64,000 bases of DNA from the human T2T-CHM13v2.0 reference genome, Homo sapiens. The notes under the pieces were generated by a model. It worked only from the letters and a program-made list of their open reading frames with translations. It ran no database searches and had not been told where the DNA came from. How positions within the stretch are numbered: position 1 is the stretch's first letter; every line of letters starts with the position of its first letter. Below, piece after piece: positions 44,927-58,252 of this stretch. The stretch lies in the NCBI RefSeq assembly GCF_009914755.1, contig NC_060932.1, one strand, 5' to 3'. Both the position numbers and the translations under genes were made by a program.

Positions 44927-46794
44927 GAGAAACTGAACAAGCAAGTTAAACTTATAGCTTTCAAAGAGAACCTCCACTCCTTGCTTCAGGAAACTTAAGT
45001 AGGTGAAGAGGAAAATGTGATATAATCTCTGAATAATAAAAAGAGGATCTAATAGAGGCTTAATCTCCAAGGTATTTCCAGTATCCAAAGTTTCTTTGAC
45101 TACAAATCCATTCTCAAACTCTTAGTTGTCTTTTTTTTTTTTTCTAATTACATGAATGGTCACTAATTCCTAATAGAGTATCAATACTCTTAATTACCTT
45201 TTCTTCAGCCTACTGAGGCATGTACTGTCATCATTAAGTATTTGGTCATAGTAAAAAAAAAACCCTCAGTAACCTAAAAATGAGGTTTGCGTGTTCAAGT
45301 CTACTGATGCTGTCTTCTTGCCATTTGCTTTTGGTGGCATCAGTTGACTTAGTTGATTTATACAATACATTTGCTATCAACCCTGGCAATTTTTAAAAAA
45401 GAAATGATAGAAATCCCCTGTGGGGTGGAAAAAAAGAAGTAAAGCAAGAATGGGGTTAAGGGAGAAGGAGAGAGAATGAGAGAATGGGAGTGCTCTTATC
45501 CATTTCACAGGCATAAGTCAATGCATGTGTCACTGGTGAATTTGAAGAGTGAGCCTTCTCACTGTGCAAGCAGAAAGCAGTTTCCTCCCTTCCATGAGCT
45601 TCTGTACAGGTGGGAAAATCTCCACTGGGGAATAGAGGAGTCTTCTCTACTATCTTCTTGTCTGCATTAGGCTACCTTTGGCTATTCTAGTGTGAGAGAA
45701 GAGGAAAAATAAAGGGTAGAAAAAGTCTTATTTGACTGGAATAGTTTTACCTGAAATTTATTTGTATCAGAATAAATTTAAATATAAATGAGTATTTTTT
45801 GTACTTAGTGAGTTTTTAAAGCTATGTTTTTCTATCGGATGTTATCGTGGACTCTTTGGAGAACTTCCTCTCCTCATCACTGAGGATTTCTCACTTGTAG
45901 TTTCCTTGACTCAGAGAACTCTTATTTCTCTGCTTATAACTCTTCCTTCAGCAAGATACTGCTGGCAGAAGGGGGCTGAGCAACAATAATAAAAGTTGTA
46001 TTACAAAATTTGCTCAGGAATCTGAGTCTGAAAACAGTCAATGGCACATATTTGAAATTTTAACCATTATAGTTTATCCTTTTGTTAGATGACAAATAAG
46101 TAAAATGCATAATAAGGTTTTTTAGTTGTTTTCATCAATGTTGTTTTCTTTTTGGTTGTTAAAGAAATGCTCTGTGAAGTTATTATAGACATATCTGAAA
46201 GAAACCATTTACTACACTTCCCACATGTAAGTATATAAATTAGGTAGGTTTAATGCATCTAGGTGAAAAATCGGTGCCTAATTGCTTACTTCTTGAGAAA
46301 TAGAACACTTGGCTTTGGAATAGCAGTTTAATACAATACCAAGACCACCTACTGAAGTAGCTAGTGACTTTGCTGTACTTTTCCCCCTTCTCACTTTCTT
46401 TGAAAATCAGTTTTTGCTCTGTGTCTTCTGACTACTTTCTCTCTACCTCCACAAATGGCTTCCGTCACCTGCTCACCAATGTCATTATACATAGGTGAGT
46501 GCTACTGTCTGAAATGCCATCGTTAGGGATTCAGCCTTCAGTTTAAACATTGCTCCTTCTTCTCCTTTTAAAATGCAAATACCTCCCAGATAGTCAAATA
46601 TGAATTAAATCACTTCATACATTAGAATGAATTAGTCTTCAGGTTCCTATGTCCCCAAGGACAGCATAAGAGACTTGGAATTTAAAGGAAAGGATTATTG
46701 AAAAGGGAAAAGACAGGAGGTACATTAGGTTGTTGTTTTTCATGTTTCATTCTAGTATAACATGTTGTCCACTGGAATTAAGACATAACCTGGT

Positions 46795-47089
46795 GACCAG
46801 GCGTGGTGGCTCACACCTGTAATCCCAGCACTTTGGGAGGCTGAGGCGGGTGGATCACTAGGTTAGGAGTTCAAGACTGGCCTGGCCAATATGGTGAAAC
46901 CCCGTCTCCACTAAAAATACAAAAATTAGCCAGGCATGGTGGTGCATGCCTGTAGTCCCAGCTACTCAGGAGGCTGAGACAGAAGAATCACTTGAATCTG
47001 GAAGGTGGAGGTTGCAGTGAGCCGAGATGATGCCACTGCACTCCAGCCTGGGTGACAGAGCGAGACTCTGTCTAAAAAAAAAAAAAAAA
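46795..47089 (+). mobile_element. AluS SINE
   Basis: Full dimer; TSD core ATAACCTGG on both sides. Confidence 0.95.
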
Positions 47090-47394
47090 GGTATAACCTG
47101 GCCACAAAGCCAGGGGATGCTTACCAAAGGCCTGATCTCTACTGGGGCAGAGCCTATATCCTGATGCACCTTTAGAAGGAAAAGAAAATCTCTCTGTACT
47201 CGTAACTGCTTGGAAGAAGATGCATTTGATTCCTATTCCCCTCCACTGGTCACCTTTCTCTTCTTGTCATCAACAGAAAAGTTCAGGTGTCTAAGTAACC
47301 TGGTTTCTTCCTCCCTGCATCAGTTTTGTTCCCTATTACTCAAAGCTCAGGGTGCAGATCTCAGAAGTAAACCAACTCAGTCCAATATTCTACC

Positions 47395-48272
47395 TGTCAT
47401 TCGAAAGACCACCAGGATAGCTACATAGTAGAAAGGAGAGCATTATTGACAATATCAGTTTGCAAACCAGAGTCAGTGTCCGCTGTGGACCAAAGGTGCT
47501 CTCTCTTTGAAAAGGGAAAAAGCAGGTTGAATTTTATGCCTCACAGGGCCTGTATCATGCAATAGAGTCAGACATATATAGGTGCCTCAGAATACAGGCT
47601 CTGCCCCACAAAAATCTGGCCCTGGGTAAGTGTCCTCTGGCCCTGTGGTCAGGTTATATCTTGATTCCAATGGGTAACATGTACCTGGATGAAACATGAA
47701 GAAAAACATCTTAATGCACCTCCTCTCTTTTCTCTTTTTAATAGTCCCTCCCTTTAAACTCCAAGTCTCTTATGCTTCTGCAGGTTTGGGGAAAAGCTAT
47801 CCATATCTCAGAGGAGTTAGGTGCATGAGCAATGGGTAAAAATGTATGGAACATATATCCCATGTTCACTTTGGGGCGGGATTTTAGCATTAAAATGGGG
47901 TGGACTTTGCTCTTTACATCAAAAGGTGAACTATAGGACACAAAGACAGTTTGTGCATCTCTATTAAACTGGCTGAAACTGGCTTGAGGCCTGCAGTCGC
48001 TTATCAGGAAAGAATGTAAGGTGTGTCCTCTGTTCAATTAAAGTTGTGGTGGTCTGGGATGTAAATCAGAGTTAAGAAGGTTCTGATAATTTGCCTGATT
48101 CCTCTTGTTGTTAAGGAGTTTAGCAAAGGTGTGGTTTTCCTTAAAGCTGTAGGAATTTAGGACAATACCATGCTAGCTGAGCCCTGAACCCTCAACCTGT
48201 AGGGAACTTGTTTCAACTTTAAGGTCTGGTTTAATTGATAAAGGGGCATCTACTTTGGCCTCCCAGGTCATA
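47395..48272 (-). mobile_element. MER39-like ERV1 solo LTR carrying a foreign ~200-bp insert at 47580-47776
   Basis: GACCACCAGGATAGCTA...TATCAGTTTGCAAACC; GTTCACTTTGGGGCGGG; GATAAAGGGGCATCTA. Confidence 0.8.
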
Positions 48273-50934
48273 TATACAAAGCTTTCTCTAAATACTGTAC
48301 CTTTGGTCTGCATTCACTTTCCGAACCTCAATAGAACATGTCTAGAAGACCTTTATTAAGAGGTAAGTTTTCATGCATAGATGTCCTCCATGAACAACTG
48401 ATATGTATGTTCTTCGAGGCCATTACTAGTTATGTACTATATTTCTTCATTCCCGCAGAACATTGTCTTGGTGATAGAATCAAATACTTTGGAGGCTGAA
48501 GATTATCATCAGCATTTTCCTAGAGTATTCTTCAGAGCATTCTAAGTGCTGCTAAAAGGATGGCAGCAAACAAGGCAGGTTTTGCAATCAATCCATTTGT
48601 AGAGATGTTGCTCTTAAAATGTTAAATGTATTTTTTAAGTTCAAGATTTCCTGGCATTGTTAGTATGCTCATACAAGCTGGAAATATCCAATGGGAATCA
48701 TGGTATGCCCAATTTCCCTAATTTGTTTGATAATGGAGTCTGTATTCAAAAAACTCCTCACAGGAAATTTTAATTTCTTCTGTTCTTCTAAGGTTACAGA
48801 TGAGAAAACAAAAATTTAAATTTAAACAGGTATTTTGTAGCAAAGTCTAGAACAAGGGTTTCCTATATCCTAGGTCACTGCTTTTACTTTTTATGTATTT
48901 AGAGCAGATATTTAATAAAATTATTGTTTTACAAATGATACTAATATTTATTTGCCTGACTATTTTAACGTTATGGCCTAGAATTATAATAGAGACAAAA
49001 GTTGCTATGTCCAATTTGATTCTTAAAAAATCTTTTAAGATTGTTTTCAATTCAAGTGAAGACAAAGGGGAATTGAGGACACAAAGATAATAGTTTTTTA
49101 AAAAATACTTTAAAAAAAGATATATACTTTTTAAGATTTTCTAAGAGACCAAAAAGGCTCTGCTACAGTTTAAATAGTGAGCAAATTATGCATGTTTGTG
49201 TAAGTATATGACATATTATTATGACATATGGTTTTCTTGAGGAACAAGGGGGGAGGCCAAGCAATGGCACAATTACTTGCAGTGTTACATTTCTCATGTC
49301 TATTTATAATCCATACTCTAGTATTGTTTGAACTATGAATTAATAACTATTATTTTCATAGGCCAAATACGAATTGAAAGAAATAATTTAATTTTTAGGT
49401 TAATCCCCTTATTTTTTCATTTTCATTTTTCTTCCCATAAAGTATTTTAAAGAATACTTAAATGATTATGGAATATATTTGGTGTTCTTGATAAACCTAT
49501 AATTTGCAATTCTATTTTTGCTTACTCAGAAAATCTTTTGTCAAAGGAATCTTGATTGAGTTTTAGCTGAATTAGAAGACATCTAAAATTCCTTTAAACT
49601 CTAGGATTTTGATTCTCCTTTAGTCCTAAATCCAAGCCACTAATCTATTTTCAGAAATGAAACTATACAACTTTGAAGAATTTACCAATATGTCTGCTCA
49701 AGTGACAACTCATTGTTCTGAGATCACGTCTGACCAAGAATTACTGCCAAATACGCAATTAAAAACTGTATGTCTTGGGTGTGGGCAGCAAAGATCAAGT
49801 TCTACTTGTTCATGTGGATTAGTGACTTGGACTAGTTAGGTTCCCTCAGAGTACTGAGGCCCTAAGGCTTTGGGTGTGAAAGAACTAGAGCCTTGCCTTG
49901 GAAAACCAGAAGCAGCTGACACCTGCTTAGTAAAGCACGAAGCAAAAGGAAACCCAATACTTTTTTGTGTGTGCAGGATTTACCATCACTATTCACGTTG
50001 ATTGGAAAATGACAAATAAATGTTTTGTTGAACTCTTATGTGATTTTTATTTTGTTTCTAGTTATGATTTGTATCACCACATGCTTTCAAATGGAATATT
50101 AGGCAGTTTTGATTTTCTGTTTCATATTGGGGTCAAACTTTTGTTTCTGTGACTATATCTCAGAGATGATTATGTCAACAAAATGCAAAAATGCAATAAA
50201 ATGGAAAGGTATTTAATTTGAGAAAAAAGCTTTTTTTCCCATATAGTACATAACATAGAGTAACTTTCATATGCTAAATACATTCAAAGGGACACCAGTA
50301 AATGGCATTCTTTCCTGTTTATAGAAGCTGGTCCTATTCTGTCTTGACACTTATATGATGTCCTGATAACATAGCTGCAGAAGTGATAATATTTTACAAC
50401 ATGCAACAAATAAAACTTGTCATATAGAACCATAGTCTTCTCCCCAGGAACCACGTACAGTTTCTACTGAAAGACAAGGGCATCAGAGTATGTGTGGCAA
50501 GAAATCATTCAGCTTTGCTTCTGAGACTCTTCTCTCAATTCTCAGAAAAGGAACTCAGCAGGATTTTCTGACCCTTACTGAACTAGCCGGGTGGTGACAA
50601 TTCCAGTTTTGACTTGTATTCTGGAAATTTTTATTATGCAAGTTGTATATCTCAGTATGCATCACCACCTCAGGCATAGCCTGGTGTCCGTTTACTACCC
50701 GGTTTATAGCGATGAACTAACTCTAAAGCACAGGCAGAGCTGAGTAGTGACATGAGTTGCTTCATGATTTCTAACCCAGTATTTCTCAGACAAGATCTTT
50801 CTAGCTGAGCAAAGTTTACCTCAGTTAACTTTTTGACATTTGGCACATTAATTTTAAACAAGATATATTTATTTGGTACACTCACCTGGTTTCTGTTAAA
50901 GACTCGCTTAATATTATAAAGATAAAACAATGGC

Positions 50935-51715
50935 CTTGACCAATGCCATGGAGTTTTCCCTCTATGTTTTCTCCTAGTAGTTTTATGTTTTCTCCTAGTA
51001 GTTTCATGTTTTACATTTAAGTATTTAATCCATTTTTAGATGATTTTTGTATATGGTAAGAGATAAGGGCCTAATTTCATTCTTCTACATGTTGATCTCC
51101 AGTTTTCTCAATACCATTTATTAAAGAGACTGTTCTTTCCTCATTGTGTGTTCTTGGCACCTTTGTAAAAAAAAAAAAAAAAAAATTAAGTTGACTGCAG
51201 ATGTGGTTTTCCCTGGGCTATTCTATCCCATTGGTTGATGCGTTTCTTTTTGTGCCAGCACCATGCTTTTTCATTTACTATAGCTTTGTAGTACATTTTT
51301 GAAATCAGGTAGTGTGATGCCTCCAGCCTTTGCTATTTGTTTTTCTTGGCTAATTGGGGTCCTTTGTGGTTCTATATGAATTTTAGAATTGTTTTCTCCA
51401 TTTCTGTGAAGAATGACCTTGGAATTTTGGTAGGAATTGCATTGAATCTACAGATCACTTTGGGTGGTATGGACATTTTCACAATATTAGTTCCTCCAGT
51501 GCAAGAATACAGGATATCTTTCCATTTATTTGTGCCATTTTAAATTTCTTTTATCAATGTTTTACAGTTTTCAGCATATAGATTTTTTATCTCCTTGGTT
51601 AAATTTACTCCTAAGTATTTTATTTTTATACCTACATCATAACATCACATTTTACCCCATAAATATATACAATTATTATTTGTCAATAAAAAAATTAAAA
51701 GAATAAAATAAAAAC
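50935..51715. mobile_element. L1MA fragment: ORF2 piece on the minus strand (50935-51630) abutting a plus-strand L1 3' tip (51633-51715)
   Basis: Minus: GAAATCAGGTAGTGTGATGCCTCCAGC. Plus: ACATCACATTTTACCCCATAAATATATACAATTATTATTTGTCAAT with an A-rich tail. Confidence 0.8.
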
Positions 51716-54700
51716 ATGATTGTGTAAATGGAAAACAACAAATGTAGACTTTAAATTAACCAGTGATGATCTAAAAACCTTTCATTTATTTCTTAAATAA
51801 AATAATGTGGTTTCTTAAGAAAAAAGGCATAATGAATTATGGGGAACCTGAGGGCTTCTGTTTACCTGATATTTCAAAGACCTTCAATTTTTTAAAATTT
51901 TCAATATGTGATGAACTAAAACAGAATCAATTTTTAATAAATGTTTGTGAAATTTAAAAAACCCACAATGGATGTAGTTTTTAGCTTGTATAGACTTAGA
52001 TACCAGACTTCTTGAAGATAAGAACTAGATTCTATCCACATAATTACTAGGTGTTCTAAAAATATGGGGTGATTTGAGACAAAGGAATGTGTCTGGTATG
52101 GACATCTCTGCTGGCCATTCTTTTGTGAGCAAGCAAAGCTGTCCCTGCATGACATATTTGTATGATACCTGAGTAGGGTAATACTGAACATGGCGCTACC
52201 ACATTTTTTCCCTCCTGCAAGGCACCTTCAGGTCTTACAATAGATGATGCTGTAGTACCATGTTAATGCCTTCCTTGAAATTTAGACTTTGGAGCTACCT
52301 GATAGGTGAGAATTAAATATAACAACTCTTCATCCTATTTGAAATAGTTGGAAGGAAGGAGGGCATTGCTCAAAATCATACCAGGACAACAAGCATAGCT
52401 CTGACTTGCCCCAGTCAAACCAGGATATGGTCATCCTATCTTGCACTCTGAAAAAAATCGTGTGTTCAGATAACCTACAAGGGCAGAAAGGCCATTAGGA
52501 GCTCCATCTCTGCTCTGATGGTGAAACTAGAATTAATGCTATCTGATGTGCTGGGCAGGGAGAAGGAGGTAAGGATGCAGGGCACATGATTATTTTTGTG
52601 TTATTTTAGGATTTGACCATCAGCTTAGGTCTTGTTCCTTCTTCCTGATGGCTAAACTCTGTCTACCATTCTCTTGCCAGGATCCAAATCCAGATCAGAA
52701 GAACCCATCAGAATCATGACAGTACCATCCCCTGGAATTCAAGCCTGACCTCCACAGCTCTAGCTGCCGTGTCCCACCCACAGAGCAGATCCTCTAGGTA
52801 TTTTGTTGTCTTCAGATCCAGGTACATACACTTTAGGCCCAGCGTGTGGCAGTTATGAAATAAAGCAAATGTTTCAAAGACAAGTCAGACTTATTCCTCA
52901 TTCAGATGGGTAAAACTATATTGAGTGTGAAGAAGAAAGGGCAGGGTAGGAAGAAAACCAGAGGAGAATTAAGAAGTGATTTCAATTTTTGAAGTCAATT
53001 TTATTGATTTCTTGACTGACTCAATAAAGGAGTGAAGTTGAATTGGTTGATATCTAAATAAAAATATCCATTCTAGGACAACAGATGTGTGTAGCTCAGG
53101 TGAGCTTTTAATCCAAAGTAAGAAGTAGGGATTTCAGACCCACATTCAGAATCCTGAGGCCATGGTAGTTTTGAGATCTCCTCTTTGTAGCCCTGAGTGT
53201 TGACAAGCCCAGCTTGGTGTTCAATATTTGGCAACTCAGTAGGATGTCTGAGACCCTGCAGAATTAACTATGTATTTCAAGGTTGTAAGATAGGAGACAA
53301 GATTTGAGATTTGTGGCACAAATATTTTTTATCCCACCTTCCAAAATAGGCTGGAAGTAAGATCACAGTTGCTCTTCTTAATGGTAACAACTACTTAGCC
53401 TCCCAGTTCCCGCATGAAATTACAATATTTAACCAATGTAGAAAACAGAATATACTTTACTGGAAACTTCCCCTACATACTGTTGAATCTGTATCTTTAA
53501 GTTTGGTCAATGCAGAAGTGAGCAGGTGAACAAAAAGTGTCCTGTGGTGTCTATGGGTGGGTGAACAAAAGGTACCCATCCTGCTGCTTGGGTCCTTCAG
53601 AGAAGTGCACAAAATCAGCTGCATGCTGGTTTTACAGCTCTGTGCATGACTCTGAGGAGTTATAGGGTAGCTCTTCCCACTGCCAAAGTAGGAGGACCAG
53701 AGATAGGATCAAGAAAGCATCTTCAGTCGGATTTAGGTAGGTTATTAAGTGCTGATGATTCTTCTTCAAAGCTAATCCAGAAAAATGGAAGCAGTGGGCC
53801 TGACTCACTGAGATAAATAGCTTAGAGGCAAGCAAATCCACGGTTTTGTAGATTTGACTTGAAAAAAATCATTAATTCTTATAGATAAATATCAAAATAG
53901 AGAAATGATCAAATGGTGTGAGAATCTAGGAATACTGCATGGGAGGTAGGAATGAAAAATAGAAAAGGGTAATCTACAAGAAAAGAATTTGGCCTCTTCC
54001 AGTGGGAACATATCATTTGGAGGTTTTTTATGTTTGAAATTTTTTAAGGACAGAGATGCTCATTATTAATGTGTCTGTGTGTTTGGGCTTGGCCAGCCTA
54101 AGATTTTGTATATAAGGAGGCTTAGGAGTAATAATGTGATTAGAAGCGGGCTTGAAGAGGTTGGGGTTGCTAAGGAATTTGTTTTGAAGTTGCATTGCCT
54201 GGTAAACATAGTGCTTTTACTAAGATTTTGTGTTTATTGGGGTGGCTTTGCTAGCATCCTCCCGCTCCATTTCAAGCTGTGCCCTTTGGAGTTGTGCTTT
54301 TAAACCTTTGAACACTGCTCATATGAGGTATAAAAGGGTTATCCCAAACTATGTGTATCTGTTGCCATGAGCTATTGACAAATGTAATATACAATAATAC
54401 ACATGTCTGGAAAGTAGGAAGATCTATATAAGTAAGGGAAATGTATGAATTTTATACTGAAAGCTTTTATTATAAAATGAGCCATTATGTCCTCTGCCTT
54501 ATTTTGAAGCCATTCACTTTTTATTACTGTAACTTTTGCAATGCCTCATTTTCCCTCCAGCTATCCTCTAGTCCAGTTAACTCAGCAAGCACAAGTTTAT
54601 GATGGATCATTTAAGGAGCTGGAAAATTTTAATGGTTAGCCGTGGCAGTTATGATGTGTAAGACTCTAACTGCTTTAAGTAAAAGGACAAAGTTCAAAAT

Positions 54701-56989
54701 ATAACTCCATCTTTATAAGTGCTTTAATTAAAACCAATCTTATTATGAAAAACAAACCAAAAAAACCTTGCATTGATGGATGGTAGCTATTTGCAATTTC
54801 TTGTTTTGGCTGGATGCATTGAAGGATTAAAAATTTAATATTTAAGGTGTGCCTTAAACTGCAAGGTTCCCTGATTTTATTCTCATCTAGGAATTTTTGC
54901 TGCTTTAGGTAGCTGACAACATGCAGATCCATACTCTATCTCTTAAGATTTTCTTTTGGAACTGATTCCAGGTGAAATTTTCTTAGGGAAGATGTGGCTA
55001 GAAGCTGGGTATGCAAAGCATGTCTATAGCAAGGAAAGCCAGATGAGTGAGGGTCAAAAATCTAGTTATAAAATTTAAGGGAGACACTAGGTTTAAATAA
55101 ACATATTCTCCAACCTTAGTGATTAATTTTTTTCCTTTTTTGATCATCTGGCCATGTACTTAGAGAAGACTCAGTTCCCTGAAAATGGATTACTTTGAAT
55201 ATTCTCTGCAATAATTTAATGTAGTACTCTCCATTTCTCTACCAACTGCCTGTTGCTAAGCCACCAACACTTAACTGTCCTTAGGAAGAACTAATATACA
55301 ATAATCAACTTTGTGGAAGGCACATCTATGTACATAAACTTTAACTGGGAAGTTGTCTTTAAATAAAAATGACACAATATGCTCCAAAGCTGTGTGTGAT
55401 TACAGAATGAGAAGCTGAAAAACTACTCACGTTTATCAAGTAAAGCCTCAGAGAAATATTACGGTTTCACCACTAGGTGGAAATAGAGTAATTTTGAGTA
55501 CGCTTTTTCAAGGCCATGAACTTCTACTGCAGGAGTACTTCATAAACTGAAGGGGACCTAAAAAATCATTTAGTATTAATTCTCATCTCCTTAAATTCAT
55601 AGATGATAAAACTAAGCTTCAGAGATATTAAGTAAAATTGCATCTGTCTTGAAAAAGGCAGTTTTCTAAGCTACTGGAAGAAGAGTTGCTAGTAATTCTT
55701 GATTCTTCAGTCATTTTCATCCATAAGAAGAATGTGTTATTATCTTCCAGTGTGAAGGAAAACATGATATAACACCTGTATTACCTATGTGCTGTTACTA
55801 AAAATAATGAACAGCACAGTTACTAATGTTCGTAAGGACAGGTTAGGATAAAACTATTGTTTCTTGTTTCCTATGTTGTAATTAATCACAATCAAGTGAT
55901 GATTCTCCTCCTTCTTTCCAAGAAGAAATACTCAACCATCTCCATAAAGTTATATGAGACTTCAATGAAATTTGATTTCACAACATTTTTGGTTTTACAC
56001 CTCATAATGGGTGCAAGGTAAGTAGCCTAGAATAGGCCTTTACTTAGCGGGTGAAGGCAGTACTTAACTGCTTTTTCACAGCTTAAAATCCATTACCATT
56101 ACTCTGGAGAAGGAAAGAATCTGAGTAGTAGAGCTTAAGGGGCATTAGAAATAATCTACTCCAATCATACATCTGTATATGCATCAGATGTGGTGTCTGA
56201 AAACAAGACATTCAATGTGTTTCCCTGAGGAACAGAGCAATCACCATGCCCTTTTTTGTTCCACAAGATACAATAACGGTTATTATTCTGGCCATATAGC
56301 TTTGTTTTGTCTGTATGTTTTAACACAAAAGAATTATTTCCACTCATCACATCAGAGATTGTGTTTAAACTTAAGTTTTAAGTAAGGCCTTGGGATTAAA
56401 GGCTATTTCTTAAGTACCTAAGTATCTAGTACTCCAGTGCCATTATCTTTTTGATATTTCTGTAACATGTTAGATTATGATCATTTAAAAATTAGTATCA
56501 GAGTGCTGCGTCCTATTATTACTACATATAGTCTATACAGAAATGGATAAGACATGTTGAAATAGCACATGAAGAGCTCAAGTTCAAACACACAGGCAGC
56601 CCTAAGGAGCTGCCTGAAGTGCCTGGTAGCCAGGGCTTCTCATCACTGAGTAAATGATGCACTCAGCTTCCCTCAGAACACGAATATTTTCTGAGCAGTA
56701 GGGCCTCGGGTGTGGGACATGCAGACCCTTATTGGGAAAACAATTGAGTGTTAAATGGTACCACAAGGAAGACTGGTGTGACCCTAAACTGAGGGCAGGG
56801 ACTTGAAATGAAAGGGATGCAGTTCAGGGGAGTACATGTCCTGCAGCATGTTGGGAGATAGCAAACCAACCTCAGATTTCAATTTTGTCAAGGATGATAC
56901 AAGAACTAGTAGTGTCTCGGTGACTGTGGTCTACTCAGAGCTCCATCACAGCTACCCTGAGCCCAAGGCAGTCAGGTGTGGTCTGATTT

Positions 56990-57175
56990 CATAAGGTCTT
57001 CAGTGAGACGGACCTGGATGGGGATTCTGGTTCTACCACTGTGAGAACTATCTTTGCCCTATTTTCTCTTTTGAAAAATTGGGATAACACCCCTAGCAAA
57101 AATATAGTGGAGACCAATGTCTATAAAGTGCCCAGGAAGCACATCTAGCACTTAGTAGCTACTCAATAAATGCAC
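56990..57175 (+). mobile_element. MIR
   Basis: GACCTGGATGGGATTCTGGTTCTACCACT...CACTTAGTAGCTACTCAATAAATG. Confidence 0.6.
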
Positions 57176-57346
57176 ATTACCGCTATCGAAACGGCCAGCC
57201 TGTGTGGCAACTTCCTCACCTCAGTCCATCTGACTTCCAACAGGCACCCGGGAGCACCAAGTAATAAATTGTGAAGAGTACACTTTGAAACGTATCATGT
57301 TCTACGCACATGTGTAGGGTATTATTATAGTTCAAGAGAAAGAGGG

Positions 57347-57393
57347 AACCCGCTGGTGTCTGAGAAGAAACCCGCTGGTGTCTGAGAAGAAAC
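57347..57393. repeat. Perfect 22-bp tandem duplication
   Basis: AACCCGCTGGTGTCTGAGAAGA x2 plus AAC. Confidence 0.95.
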
Positions 57394-58013
57394 GGTGAAG
57401 GGTGCACTACGAAGGGAATATAAACTAATCAAACATTCTTGAATGGCAATGACAGTCACTAAAGTTGACACTTCCTGCAGTCTTTTAGTTTAGAAACCAC
57501 ACTTCCCGAGACGTCCCCCATCCCAACAGGGATAAAATCCTCTAGCTCAACTCAGGTATATCCCCACTATTGGGCCAGGGAGACCTGCGGATGGCGAGAG
57601 CAGGTTCTCTTAGGAGGGTGTGGATTGTGAGCTTGTGCGCTGGCGAGGAGCAGAAGGTCAGGGAGGCACCGTAGTTAATGAATCAATAAACCAAACAGCC
57701 GATCAATCACTTCCTGCAGTCCGAGTCCGGCGAGGGCTAATCGATTGGTCCGGGTATTTTGAAAGGAAAAACGGCGGTGGATATGTTGTCAAACGGAGGG
57801 GTGCAGGAGAGGCGGGGCCAGGCCTCCAGGTGACCCCTCTGGCTTCCTGGGCCTGCAGAGGCGCCGAAACGTGCAGGCGCCGGCGTCCATGAGGCGTGGG
57901 GCGCGCCGGGCGAGTCCCTGCTTGCAGGAGGCGCCCGAGAGGCCGTCGCGTACCCTGGCAAGAGGAGCTGGTTAGCACCTCCCGACCCCGAGAAGGCCCA
58001 GGGGGCGCCCGGC

Positions 58014-58089
58014 GGGCGGGGCGGGGACCGGGCGAGGCCCGCCTCCCATTGGCCGCATAGCGCCGCCCAGCGCGGGCCGCCGTTATAAA
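58014..58089 (+). promoter_or_regulatory. FABP5: FABP5 core promoter: GC boxes, inverted CCAAT, TATA box
   Basis: GGGCGGGGCGGGG 58014-58026, ATTGG 58048-58052, TATAAA 58084-58089, 90 nt before the Kozak-context ACCATGG. Confidence 0.85.
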
Positions 58090-58173
58090 GCAGCCGCCGG
58101 CGCCGGGTGCCTCACAGCACGCTGCCACGCCGACGCAGACCCCTCTCTGCACGCCAGCCCGCCCGCACCCACC

Positions 58174-58252
58174 ATGGCCACAGTTCAGCAGCTGGAAGGA
58201 AGATGGCGCCTGGTGGACAGCAAAGGCTTTGATGAATACATGAAGGAGCTAG
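58174..58252 (+). CDS. FABP5: FABP5 coding exon 1
   Basis: MATVQQLEGRWRLVDSKGFDEYMKEL-G; donor TAG|GTGAGG. Confidence 0.98.
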
